From an uncultured delta proteobacterium (GTDB lineage: Bacteria > Myxococcota_A > Polyangia > Polyangiales > Houyiibacteriaceae), in NCBI GenBank assembly GCA_963699755.1, contig CAVOVB010000005.1:192001-256000 (forward strand): DNA of 64,000 nt. The letters run 5' to 3'. The notes under the pieces are model-generated. The model was not told the origin of the DNA. It saw only the letters and a list, made by a program, of their open reading frames with translations, and ran no database searches. Both the position numbers and the translations under genes were made by a program. Each line of letters opens with the position of its first letter. Position 1 is the stretch's first letter. Positions 10,162 to 19,547 of this stretch are shown here, piece after piece.

Positions 10162-12021
10162 TCAACGCATCTCCTCTGGGGAGGGGATTGGCTCGGTGCT
10201 TCCCGTGTTTCCGTCTGTGATTTTCCACTGCTCAGCATCCTGCAAAGGTACGAAGAATGGCCGGCAACCGGGCATCCATCTGAGCACCAGGGCCATGCGG
10301 TCCGGGTAGTGCTCCATGAGCCTTCGGTCGTGCGCGATACTGATGTGATTGACCCAAAGGATCGGATTCTGGAAATCCGGATCATTTACCTGGTGTGCGA
10401 AAACGAAATGCCGGGCGTTCGCACACTGACGCGGAATGAGCGGGCGGTTCGCGAAGACAACCGCGGGCGACTTGATTTCCTGCGCCGCAACGACGGCCGG
10501 CCGCCGGAGCACGTCTGAGATCTCGTACAAGGCATACGCCCTCGCTGGGACGTATCCGCACAGCGCCGCGGCAATGAGACCGAGGCAGAGGGCAGTAGGA
10601 AGCCGGGCAACAAAGGGCGAGGAGCCCATCGTGCGGAGGCCGTTCGTCAACCTGGCGGCCCCGAGTCCGCTGAGCATGATGATCGGCAGTGCGATCTCCA
10701 TGTAGTGGACAGGCCCAAACGTATCGATACCCGGACTACGCAGATAGGCATGCGCGACGACGAAACCGAGGACCATCATCCAGAGGATCCAAGCTCTTTG
10801 GTTCGTCCAGGCGGCGAATGGCAAGAAGAGAAACGCACAGGGCCATCCGAACAGAGCGAAGTTGAGTCGTGTCAATGCGACCCCGGTTCGGGCGAACGCC
10901 AGGTCCAAGGTTCCGAAACCGAAGGACGGCGTCCAGTCGTCGGGCAAGCTCGACCAGGCAGAGTAGTGGAAGCCGTTTTCGCGCGCGTAGTCCGCCGCCC
11001 GTTGATACGAGACGTAGCTGACGCTTCCGTTCTGCACTGCGTTGACCGTGAAGAACGCTGCGGCGAACAGCAGCGCAGGTGCAGCGAACGCGAGAATCGG
11101 AGCCCAACGTTTCTCGGGATTGAGACTTCGAACTGCGGCTGCCCAGATGAAGAGGAGTGGAGCTCCTATCGCGACCGCTACCGTCGGACGAACGAAGAAT
11201 GCGACTGAAAAAGCCGTGGCAATGCCCGGGTGTAGCCACCTGGCCCGGTCACCCTGATTGGCGCGAACCGTCAGATAGGTCATCCACGCGAGCGCGAACA
11301 TGCAGGAAGTGTGGGAGAGCTGAGTTGCCGCCGTGAGCTGCACCATCGGAGCCGCAAGGAAAAGAAGCACTCCGATCACAGCCGCTCTGCGCCCCGATAG
11401 CTCCCGCAGCGTCAGGAAGATCGCCGGGACCGTGAGTGCCGAGTACAGCGGGTTCATCAACTGAGGAACGCCGAGCGCAACCCCAGGGGCCAAGAGAGCC
11501 GGCCACCCCATGAAGTATTGCGAATAGTACTTGCCATCGTTGATCATGAAGACGTGATCGAAAAACAGCTTCATCGGCGGGGAGTCAGCGTATAGGCGCC
11601 CGCTCAACAGCAACTCCGAGGAGAATCGGTAGACCGACTCGTCATCCGTCAGGTCGACACCCAGCAGCAGTTGCCAGTGAATTAGAGCAGGAATTGCAAA
11701 TGCGATTGCGCTGAAGGCGAGAATCAGATGGAGATCCGACGTTGCCCGAAGCTGCTCGTGGGTCTCTTGCGCCCAGTCCGCGCCGGCAATGGTGGCGAAC
11801 GCACAAGCAAAGAGCACCGCAGCAATCGAGCCGAAGAGCGTCCAGAATACGAGGAAGTACGCATAGGGGCCTGCCATGACGGTCGTGGAGCCGAGGCGCA
11901 GCTGGTACCAGTCGAAATTGTGGGCACCGACAGACCAGAAGATGCTCAGGGAAAGACACGCGCCCGCAACCAAGGCGGCAACGGCCCATGGCCTGCCGAT
12001 CGGCCCCCCTTGGATGCTCAT
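10162..12021 (-). CDS. GT-C (ArnT/PMT-like) membrane glycosyltransferase
   Basis: TDDESVY acidic motif after the N-terminal TMs, YSQYFMGWP, SH, VRP; many TM segments and a C-terminal soluble domain. Confidence 0.72.
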   Translation of the reverse strand: MSIQGGPIGRPWAVAALVAGACLSLSIFWSVGAHNFDWYQLRLGSTTVMAGPYAYFLVFWTLFGSIAAVLFACAFATIAGADWAQETHEQLRATSDLHLILAFSAIAFAIPALIHWQLLLGVDLTDDESVYRFSSELLLSGRLYADSPPMKLFFDHVFMINDGKYYSQYFMGWPALLAPGVALGVPQLMNPLYSALTVPAIFLTLRELSGRRAAVIGVLLFLAAPMVQLTAATQLSHTSCMFALAWMTYLTVRANQGDRARWLHPGIATAFSVAFFVRPTVAVAIGAPLLFIWAAAVRSLNPEKRWAPILAFAAPALLFAAAFFTVNAVQNGSVSYVSYQRAADYARENGFHYSAWSSLPDDWTPSFGFGTLDLAFARTGVALTRLNFALFGWPCAFLFLPFAAWTNQRAWILWMMVLGFVVAHAYLRSPGIDTFGPVHYMEIALPIIMLSGLGAARLTNGLRTMGSSPFVARLPTALCLGLIAAALCGYVPARAYALYEISDVLRRPAVVAAQEIKSPAVVFANRPLIPRQCANARHFVFAHQVNDPDFQNPILWVNHISIAHDRRLMEHYPDRMALVLRWMPGCRPFFVPLQDAEQWKITDGNTGSTEPIPSPEEMR

Positions 12022-12716
12022 GCGGATTTCATCCCAACAGAAAGCAGGAGATTCGACTTCAATCCGAGAAATCTGTGGAAGCTGAGCTCGGCGCGAGATC
12101 TCGCATCGGATGGAAGGAGGTCGAGGAACTGCCCCGAATCGAGAAGGTTCAAATTCTCCTCCTTCGAGAAGAACTCGAAACCGGCGGCTGCGTAGATCCG
12201 CCTATACAGCTGGGGAGGAAGGTAGTGGAGCAATGGGGTGACGGTGTGAAACTCGATTGGATGCCGCCGGTTCGGAGTCGTGATGAATGCCCGCTTTCCA
12301 ACCCGGAGTATCTCATCGACAAAGGCACGTTGTCGCTCGCGTGATCCGACGTGCTCGACGACCGCATTCGAGAACACGAGATCGAACGATTCATCGTCGA
12401 AAGGAAGGGGGGCGTTCCGCTCCAGCTGCACGTATTTGCATTGAGGGAAGACTCGTTCGAAGACATCCGGCTCCTCGAGACCCGAGGCGGTAATCCGCTC
12501 CGGATATGGGTAGAGGGAATGCAGGAAATAATCGCGCGTCTCTTCGAGGGAGCCATTGGTGCCCACCTCGAGGATGCTCCAATCCGGCCGGGGCGGAAAC
12601 GCTTCGGCGAACTTACCGTAGATCTTTGCCTGCTCGTTCCGCAAAACCCGGCGTAGCATCCAGCGGGGCAGCGCTTTTGTACGATAGTGGACGCTCCTGT
12701 GCGCCGTTGCATCCAT
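12018..12716 (-). CDS. Class I SAM-dependent methyltransferase
   Basis: ILEVG, LPFDDESFDLVFSNAVVEHVG, FITTPNR; ATGA-coupled to the downstream GT-C. Confidence 0.85.
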   Translation of the reverse strand: MDATAHRSVHYRTKALPRWMLRRVLRNEQAKIYGKFAEAFPPRPDWSILEVGTNGSLEETRDYFLHSLYPYPERITASGLEEPDVFERVFPQCKYVQLERNAPLPFDDESFDLVFSNAVVEHVGSRERQRAFVDEILRVGKRAFITTPNRRHPIEFHTVTPLLHYLPPQLYRRIYAAAGFEFFSKEENLNLLDSGQFLDLLPSDARSRAELSFHRFLGLKSNLLLSVGMKSA

Positions 12717-12849
12717 AGCCAACAATTCTCCTGCCTCCAGCTCAGAGGGTCAAGAGAACGGCCTTGTGCTGCAAGGATTGGCAGGAGCCAGAGGGAGCAG
12801 CAAACATTTCGGCCGCGCGGCAGCGTGATACGATCTCGTGTAAGACGAG

Positions 12850-13836
12850 ATGACGAATGCTTATCGCTTTTTCCGGCATGTCTATCAGGATGACCAGATG
12901 CGCGCGCACGCCGAACGGCGTCGAATTGGAAATGACCTGCTGCGGTACGCTCGGAACCGCTCTTTGTTGCCGTTCGAGTGGGCGTTCCGTCGTCGATTTC
13001 GCGACGGGCAATACCCAATTGTCTTCATCGTCGGCGTGCCTCGGTCCGGCACGACGCTTCTGTATCAGTTGATCGCCAAGTTTCTGCCGGTTGCCTACAT
13101 CACGAACCGCATGGCTCGATATTGGATGACGCCGATCACCGGTGCCTTCCTATCGGGAAGCATCGACCGTTCGCAAATCGCATTCGACTCGAGCTATGGC
13201 GCCGGCGCGACCGATATCTCTCCACACGAGTTCTCCTGGTTCTGGCAGTTCTACGGCCATCTGCACGACCACGACGATCTAGACGATGAAGCTCTGGCCG
13301 CAATCGATTGGCCGAGCATCAGGGCTTCTCTATCGGGCTTGGCGGAATGCTCTGGCGCGCCCCTCGTTCTCAAGAGCCTCAACTTCGCCGACTATCAGAT
13401 CCTTTCGCTGCATCGACAGTTCCCGCGGGCGAAGTTCATCTGGATCGAGCGCGACGACATCGCGACGGCGAGGTCGATTCTAGGAGTGCGACATGCTCGC
13501 TACGGCGACCCGTCCATCTGGTGGTCGGTGCGCCCGCGCGACTTTCGGGACTGGGCGGATCGCCCCCCAGAGGAGCAAGTTGCCCACCAGCTGACCGATA
13601 TCGAGCGCTCCATCCAAAATGCCTTCGCATCACTGGAACCAAGCGCTGCCACCAAGACATCCTACGAAACTTTGGTGTCGTCACCGGCGCGAGTAATATC
13701 CGACTTGGCGGAGTTCCTTGGGGTGGACATCATCGATCGCGATTCGCTCGAACGTCTCCAATTGACTCCAAGCAGCGCGCGCGCCGACTCTCAACTGGAG
13801 AAACGCATTGTGAACGCCCTTGGGGTCCGAAAATGA
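12850..13836 (+). CDS. PAPS-dependent sulfotransferase
   Basis: PIVFIVGVPRSGTTLL (5'-PSB loop), FIWIERD...ARS (3'-PB), YETLVSSP. Confidence 0.9.
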   Translation: MTNAYRFFRHVYQDDQMRAHAERRRIGNDLLRYARNRSLLPFEWAFRRRFRDGQYPIVFIVGVPRSGTTLLYQLIAKFLPVAYITNRMARYWMTPITGAFLSGSIDRSQIAFDSSYGAGATDISPHEFSWFWQFYGHLHDHDDLDDEALAAIDWPSIRASLSGLAECSGAPLVLKSLNFADYQILSLHRQFPRAKFIWIERDDIATARSILGVRHARYGDPSIWWSVRPRDFRDWADRPPEEQVAHQLTDIERSIQNAFASLEPSAATKTSYETLVSSPARVISDLAEFLGVDIIDRDSLERLQLTPSSARADSQLEKRIVNALGVRK

Positions 13837-15038
13837 AGCTAGAACGCCTCCGCGACTGCAGGCCGCCCCCGTTCTATCTCGTCGACGGTGTAGGGCTTCG
13901 CCAACGATACCGCGCCCTCCAGGGCGCCTTCGCAACCGAGTTTCCGAGCTTGATCATCGGGTACTCCTACAAGACTAACTATGTGCCAGCCGTACTGCGT
14001 ATCGTCCACCAGGAAGGAGCCTTTGCCGAGGTCGTGTCCGAGCTCGAGTACGACATCGCAACGAGGCTTGGCGTAGCGCCGAGCAAGATCATTCTCAACG
14101 GCGCGAACAAGAAGCGAAGCACCCTCGAACGCGTCATCGGCGAGGGAGCGATGTGCAACTTGGACAGCATGCGCGAGGTCGAAGACATCGTCGCGATCGC
14201 TCGTGCAAAGCGGCAACCAGCCAAGGTTGGAATCCGGGTCAATCTCGAGCACCCTGAGGGTGTGGGACACCGCTCGCACAGCCGATTTGGCATTCCAAAA
14301 TCCGAGCTCGTCGAAGCCAAAGAACGTCTGCTGAAGGCCGGGGTCCAGGTGGCGGGTGTACACGGGCACTTGTCTTCGCGCGCGCGCAGCCTGGAGGTGG
14401 TCCGGCACGTCGCGAACAGCCTGGTCACCGCGCTCGACATGATGGACCTCGACGCGGTCGACTACATCGACGTGGGTGGCGGGTTTGGGTTCAGTCCCGC
14501 GGGGCTCGACCTGAGCTTCCCGAGCTTCGAGGAGTACGCTGCGACGATTTCGTCCACGCTTGGCGCGCGGGGCCAGTCCTGTGCCGTCATCATCGAGCCC
14601 GGCATCTCCGTGGTGGGCGAGAGCATCGACTACATCGCACCCGTACATTGCATCAAGCGGATCCATGGCAGAAACGTCGCATTCGTCGACGGGAGCGTGC
14701 ACACCGTCAAGCCGTCTCGGCATCGTCACAATTTGCCAACCGAGGTTTTGAACGCAGACTTCACCCCGAAAAATGTATCCACGACGGCGGACTACGACCT
14801 GGTCGGCTACACCTGCATGGACGACGACTACCTCGCCATCGAGCAGACGCTGCCGACCTTGGACGAGGGAGATCTCCTGCGCATTCGAAACGTAGGCGCC
14901 TACACCGTCGTCTTCAAACCTCAGTTCATTCGCGGGGCCCCGGCGATCTACATTCTCGACGACCGAGGTCCGCAGGAAGCGCGTCGGGAGGAATCCGTCG
15001 ATGACTTCCTCTCGACCTACCGGCTGGGGCCATCGTGA
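13833..15038 (+). CDS. Group IV PLP-dependent decarboxylase (DAP/ornithine decarboxylase fold, BtrK-like)
   Basis: YSYKTN (PLP Lys), SRFG, HGH, DVGGG, EPG, GYTCMDDD, GAY. ATG 13833 overlaps the upstream stop (ATGA). Confidence 0.88.
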   Translation: MKLERLRDCRPPPFYLVDGVGLRQRYRALQGAFATEFPSLIIGYSYKTNYVPAVLRIVHQEGAFAEVVSELEYDIATRLGVAPSKIILNGANKKRSTLERVIGEGAMCNLDSMREVEDIVAIARAKRQPAKVGIRVNLEHPEGVGHRSHSRFGIPKSELVEAKERLLKAGVQVAGVHGHLSSRARSLEVVRHVANSLVTALDMMDLDAVDYIDVGGGFGFSPAGLDLSFPSFEEYAATISSTLGARGQSCAVIIEPGISVVGESIDYIAPVHCIKRIHGRNVAFVDGSVHTVKPSRHRHNLPTEVLNADFTPKNVSTTADYDLVGYTCMDDDYLAIEQTLPTLDEGDLLRIRNVGAYTVVFKPQFIRGAPAIYILDDRGPQEARREESVDDFLSTYRLGPS

Positions 15039-15988
15039 AGGCCAACATCCTGATGACTTGCTGCGGCCGAAAGACGTACTTGGCGGAGATCTTCCGTTCG
15101 TCACCGTTGTGCGGCCTGCTCGCTGCGGCGGACAGCGACCCCCGGGCTACCATCCGACAATTCGTTGACGAATTCATTGCATCGCCTGCCCTTGGCGACG
15201 AACGAGGGTACATCGACGCACTTTTCGACGCCTGTGACAGCTTCGAGATCAACGCAATCATTCCTCAGAATGACCTAGATCTAGTCTTGCTGGCCAAGCA
15301 TCGTGCTCGGTTCGAGTCGGCTGGCGTTCGGGTCTTGGGCGTACCGTGGCGAGTGGCGAGTGCGATGGCCGACAAGCTCGAGTCAGCAACCTGGCTTCAT
15401 GATCACGGCATCCCGTCCCCGGAGACCTCCCTCTTTCTGGCTGACGCTGTCGATTTACCCGTGGTTGCGAAGAGCCGTTTCGGGCAGGGCAGCCATGGCT
15501 TGCACATCTGCCGCACCGCGAATGACCTTCAACGCGTAGGGAAGAACAGCGTCGCGCAGGCATTGCTCGAAGGGAACGAATTCAATCTCGACATCCTTCG
15601 AGACAGTTTCGGCGTCGTGCGCGCCGTGGTCGTGAAGAGGAAGCTCGCCATGCGCGATGGCTCCACGGACAAGGCGGTGTCCGTGCGCGACCAGGGCCTC
15701 GAAGCCTTGGGAAGGCGGCTCGGCGATGCCCTCGAGCTCGAAGGAAGTGCCGACGTCGACGTGATCCAGACCGACGAAGGCGACTTCGTCATCGATGTGA
15801 ACCCTCGCATCGGCGGTGGCTTCCCTTTCACCGCCCAGATCTGTCCGGCCTATGTCGATGCCTTGTTGAAGATCGCTCTCCATCAGCGACCCGACGACAT
15901 CGAAGGCTACCCGCAAGGCGTTGAGATCCATCGGGAGACCCGTTACTGCCGATTGACCGAGCCCCAACGACGGAGCACAAAGGGCTGA
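15035..15988 (+). CDS. ATP-grasp ligase (carbamoyl-phosphate-synthase-like, single domain)
   Basis: NILMTCCGR, IIP..D, DK, KSRFGQGS.G, GNEFNLD, DVNPRIGGG; GTGA overlap. Confidence 0.85.
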   Translation: MKANILMTCCGRKTYLAEIFRSSPLCGLLAAADSDPRATIRQFVDEFIASPALGDERGYIDALFDACDSFEINAIIPQNDLDLVLLAKHRARFESAGVRVLGVPWRVASAMADKLESATWLHDHGIPSPETSLFLADAVDLPVVAKSRFGQGSHGLHICRTANDLQRVGKNSVAQALLEGNEFNLDILRDSFGVVRAVVVKRKLAMRDGSTDKAVSVRDQGLEALGRRLGDALELEGSADVDVIQTDEGDFVIDVNPRIGGGFPFTAQICPAYVDALLKIALHQRPDDIEGYPQGVEIHRETRYCRLTEPQRRSTKG

Positions 15989-15991
15989 ACA

Positions 15992-16819
15992 ATGGCCAAG
16001 AAAGCAAAAACACAGGCCTCGGATGCCGCGGATGAATTCTTGTGCGTGCTCATTCCCTGCTTGAACGAGGAGCCGGTCGTGCGACGTACCGTCGAGGAGG
16101 TTCTGGAGCATGCAGACGCGCTTCCGATGAGGCTAGAAGTTCTCATGATCGACGATGGATCCACCGACCGAACACGGGAGATCATGCAAGAGCTCTGTGC
16201 GGAGTCCCCGCTGTGTCGGATGATTGCGCACGATGTCAACCGCGGACTTGGACGCTGTGTAGTCGAGGCGTACGATACGATCGACGATGGCGCATGGGTG
16301 ACGGTGTTTCCGGGCGACAGCGAATTCGTCTTTGCCGAGTCGATCGACAATCTCCTCGCCGCCCGGCAGGGGCATGACGTCGTTCTCGGCTATCTATACA
16401 ACTCGGTGGTGAGAAAATTGGGGCGCCGCGTGGCTTCGACCGCATTCCTCAAGCTCACCAAGACGCTGTACGGCTTTCGCTGGAGAGCGCTCAACGGAAT
16501 GAAGCTCTACCGCGTCGAGGCGTTCAGAGGTATTCAAACGGTTTCAGGAGGCCACGCCTACATGGCTGAGCTGCTCGCCAAAGCGCAGCTCCGATGCCCG
16601 GAGCTCCGAATCACCGAAGCCCCCTTCATTTCACGCGGCCGGCCGGCCGGGGACTCTCATGCGATCAAGCCCAAGTCCGTGCTGCGAGCGATGCACGAGA
16701 CGTACAAGGGCGCCCGGGATGTAGACAGGTACCGCGACGAAGTCGTTGCTCGCTACCAAGAGGACCTGGCCAAGGGAGAGAAGAGACCGACTTTCATCCC
16801 TCCGCCCACCGGGGATTGA
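15992..16819 (+). CDS. GT2 glycosyltransferase (polyprenol-phosphate sugar synthase-like)
   Basis: LIPCLNEE, IDDGSTDRT, NRGLG, GMKLYR, R..GDS; no C-terminal TM. Confidence 0.88.
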   Translation: MAKKAKTQASDAADEFLCVLIPCLNEEPVVRRTVEEVLEHADALPMRLEVLMIDDGSTDRTREIMQELCAESPLCRMIAHDVNRGLGRCVVEAYDTIDDGAWVTVFPGDSEFVFAESIDNLLAARQGHDVVLGYLYNSVVRKLGRRVASTAFLKLTKTLYGFRWRALNGMKLYRVEAFRGIQTVSGGHAYMAELLAKAQLRCPELRITEAPFISRGRPAGDSHAIKPKSVLRAMHETYKGARDVDRYRDEVVARYQEDLAKGEKRPTFIPPPTGD

Positions 16820-16873
16820 GAAACGCTGTGGAGGAGATGCGGTGAGTCCCAAAGGTGCGTTAGGCTTCTCTAG

Positions 16874-17947
16874 ATGGGGACGATGGCGATGAGCGCGGGC
16901 GGACTGCGGATCGATCGACCGATCGTCCTGCTGGCGTCCGAAAGGAGCGGCGGAAACCTGCTTCGCGCAGTCCTCGGAAGCCATTCGCAGATCGTGGCGC
17001 CGAGCCCTGTCCATTTTTTGATCAACATCGACCCGCTCCTTCCGCTGTACGGAGACCTCTCCGAAGACGCGAGCTTCCGCGAGGCCTGCGAGGATTTGTC
17101 GCGTTTCCTCCGACGCCAGATCGCCGGTCAGGCTGAGTCGCCGGAAGCAGCAGCGCTCTTCGAGAACGCGCGCGAGCGTAGCCTGGTCGGGCTGATGGAT
17201 GCCGCGTTCTACCTCATCATGCAGGCCTCCGGAGCCACGCGCGTTCTAATGAAAGAGAACGACGCATTCCGCTACGCGCATCGCTTGGCCAACCGCTACC
17301 CGGACATCCGTTTCCTCTATCTGGTGCGAGATGGGCGTGACGTGGCATTGTCCTGGCTCAAATCTCCCAATCACTTCGGCGGCATTTCTCACATCTCGCG
17401 AACCTGGCGCGACGAACAGAGAGCTTGTCTCTCTCTTTTGTGCGACCCGACCCTCGCCGACCGAATCCAAGTGGTGCACTACGAAGATCTGGTATCCAAC
17501 CCCCGAGAAATCGTCGAGTCCTTGTGCGACTTCGTCGAGGTCGAGTTCGAGGAATCCATGCTCGAGTTTCACGGCCGAGACGAGATTCGCGAGCAGTCGG
17601 CCGGAGTTCGAAACTGGGAGAACCTGTCCAAGCCGATCATGGAGCAGAACTTCAACAAGCATCAAAAGGAGCTCGGTTGGTGGCGCGCGCAGACTTTCAA
17701 CCAGATCGCGCACCGCGAGCTCGTAGCGCTGGGCTACGAGGTCCCAGACCTGAGCTCAATCCATCGTGTAGGAAGCCAAGCGCTGAACCTGTCGAAAGAA
17801 GGACTCGGCCTCGCCTTGAAAGCCGCGCGCGGCCGTGTTCTAAGACCAGTCGAGATCCTCACTCGAGGAAAACGACGCCGCAATTTGGGGCGAATTGCTT
17901 CGGAGCTCGAAGCGCGCCAACGTCCCCGCTGGCCCCGCCAGGGCTAG
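16874..17947 (+). CDS. PAPS-dependent sulfotransferase
   Basis: LLASERSGGNLL, LVRDGRDVALS, HYEDLVSNP. Confidence 0.85.
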   Translation: MGTMAMSAGGLRIDRPIVLLASERSGGNLLRAVLGSHSQIVAPSPVHFLINIDPLLPLYGDLSEDASFREACEDLSRFLRRQIAGQAESPEAAALFENARERSLVGLMDAAFYLIMQASGATRVLMKENDAFRYAHRLANRYPDIRFLYLVRDGRDVALSWLKSPNHFGGISHISRTWRDEQRACLSLLCDPTLADRIQVVHYEDLVSNPREIVESLCDFVEVEFEESMLEFHGRDEIREQSAGVRNWENLSKPIMEQNFNKHQKELGWWRAQTFNQIAHRELVALGYEVPDLSSIHRVGSQALNLSKEGLGLALKAARGRVLRPVEILTRGKRRRNLGRIASELEARQRPRWPRQG

Positions 17948-17956
17948 GCGCGCTCC

Positions 17957-18997
17957 CTAGAGGCTGTCGTAGAGCTCCCGGGCGTCTTCTGCGGTCCGGC
18001 GGAGTCCCTCGCGCGTGTTGACGAGCGGCCGATACTCAAGATCCTGCCTCGCCTTGTCGATCGAGAAGTAGCTGTCGCGCACGCACAGTCGTACTTCGAC
18101 GATGCTGACTGGCGGCTTTGGTTTGCCAAAGACCTGGAACACGCGCTCGCTTGCAGTGGCCAAGGCACGGGCGACGAGCCCCGGAATCCGAATGGTTCGA
18201 GCGTCGATGCCCATCTCATCAATCAGCGTCGAGCTGAATTGACCGGTGTTGACGGGATCCCCGTCGGTGATGAAATAGGCCTGGCCGCAGACGGGAGAGC
18301 CCTTCACCAATCGCTCGGCGGCACGGATCTGCGCGTCGACCAGATTGTCGATGTACGTGTAGTCCATGAGCGCTTTGCCGTCACCAAAGAGCACGAGGGG
18401 CGCGCCCTGCTTGAGCGCCTTCATCAAGGGACCGATGAGCGTATTGCGTTCACCCGGCCCGTAGATGCCTCCCGGACGAATGGCACTGGTGAGCAAGCCG
18501 GACTCCCCATTCGCTGCCAGGACGAGCTGCTCGGAGGCGACTTTGGTGCTGGAGTAGAGATCCGACGCGGCGCTGTAGCTCTTCGACTCGCCGACACCGC
18601 GATGCTCTTCCCCCGACGCAGTGATGATCGAGCTGGTGTGAACCAGACGCCGTACGCCTGCGTCTCGAGCAGCCCGGAGGACCGCACGTGTCCCTTCGAT
18701 GTTGACGCTCCGCACGAGCTCGGCAAAGGGCTTGGGCGCATACGTCACGGTTTCGATCATCGCTGCCGTGTGAAAGATCGTGTCAACTTCCTCACATGCC
18801 TCGGCGAGGGCCGCTGCATCGCGAACGTCCCCGCGGAACCAGCGCAGCTTGGGATCGTCGAAGGTCGCGGGCGCCCTGTCGAAGCCGTTCACCTCGCAGC
18901 CACGCGCCAGGAGCGCTCGAACCAGATTGCTTCCAACGAAGCCCGCGCTTCCCGTGACCAGGCAGCGAAGCCCATCGATCGGTCGTGCTCGTTCCAT
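17957..18997 (-). CDS. 3-beta-hydroxysteroid dehydrogenase/isomerase-family SDR
   Basis: VTGSAGFVG, FHTAA, VHTSS, DLYSSTK, AIRPGGIYG, YIDNLV, GQAYFITD. Confidence 0.82.
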   Translation of the reverse strand: MERARPIDGLRCLVTGSAGFVGSNLVRALLARGCEVNGFDRAPATFDDPKLRWFRGDVRDAAALAEACEEVDTIFHTAAMIETVTYAPKPFAELVRSVNIEGTRAVLRAARDAGVRRLVHTSSIITASGEEHRGVGESKSYSAASDLYSSTKVASEQLVLAANGESGLLTSAIRPGGIYGPGERNTLIGPLMKALKQGAPLVLFGDGKALMDYTYIDNLVDAQIRAAERLVKGSPVCGQAYFITDGDPVNTGQFSSTLIDEMGIDARTIRIPGLVARALATASERVFQVFGKPKPPVSIVEVRLCVRDSYFSIDKARQDLEYRPLVNTREGLRRTAEDARELYDSL

Positions 18998-19043
18998 CGG
19001 GCCGGCACCTTGGCAAATCAGCCGGGCCGCGGCAACCGGGCCT

Positions 19044-19547
19044 TCAGCTCAGCTCTGGAAGGGAAGCACCAGCGTGAAGCAAACGGATCTTCGCATCTTT
19101 CCAGCCATAGGTGACCGCGGAGCAGACCTGGAATCGCGCCTTGCTGATCCACCACCTCCCGTCCACACGACGGTACTCGTCATCGTAGTAGCCGCCGACG
19201 ACGCTCACGGTTTGCTGCTCGGTATTCATCAGATGATAGACGAGGCCCCAGCGCCCGCACGCGTCGTCTGGACCGAGCACCTCGATGTTCGGAGGGCCTC
19301 CGTGGTGCATCTCCACAATCTGCGTTTGGCATCCGATGTCTTTGAAGACCTGATAGAGGCCGTCGCGATGATGCACCAGCCCAACCGGCCCGTCGTAGTG
19401 GATCTCCACCGGGCCTTCGAGGAAGCAGTCTCGAACGCCTTCCACGTCTTTGCTGTCGCAGCAATGCCAGTAGCGAGCCTTGAGGGCTTTGATCGCTTCG
19501 ATCGCCTCGAGGCGAGCGATTCGGAATTCGAGATCAGATGATGTCAT
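19044..19547 (-). CDS. NTF2-like / SnoaL_4 protein (BaiE/LinA-like dehydratase fold)
   Basis: LEAIEAIKALKARY...D, HHG, GYYDDEYRR...W.I. Confidence 0.75.
   Translation of the reverse strand: MTSSDLEFRIARLEAIEAIKALKARYWHCCDSKDVEGVRDCFLEGPVEIHYDGPVGLVHHRDGLYQVFKDIGCQTQIVEMHHGGPPNIEVLGPDDACGRWGLVYHLMNTEQQTVSVVGGYYDDEYRRVDGRWWISKARFQVCSAVTYGWKDAKIRLLHAGASLPELS

Noticed and set aside
13308..13832. Long N-terminal extension of the decarboxylase
   Set aside because: It overlaps the sulfotransferase in another frame; ATGA coupling at 13833 gives the natural start
13839..15104. Long antisense ORFs (also 28723-29784, 43368-44309, 53105-54238, 54907-56238)
   Set aside because: Stop-poor antisense frames are expected in high-GC coding DNA, and they show no protein motifs
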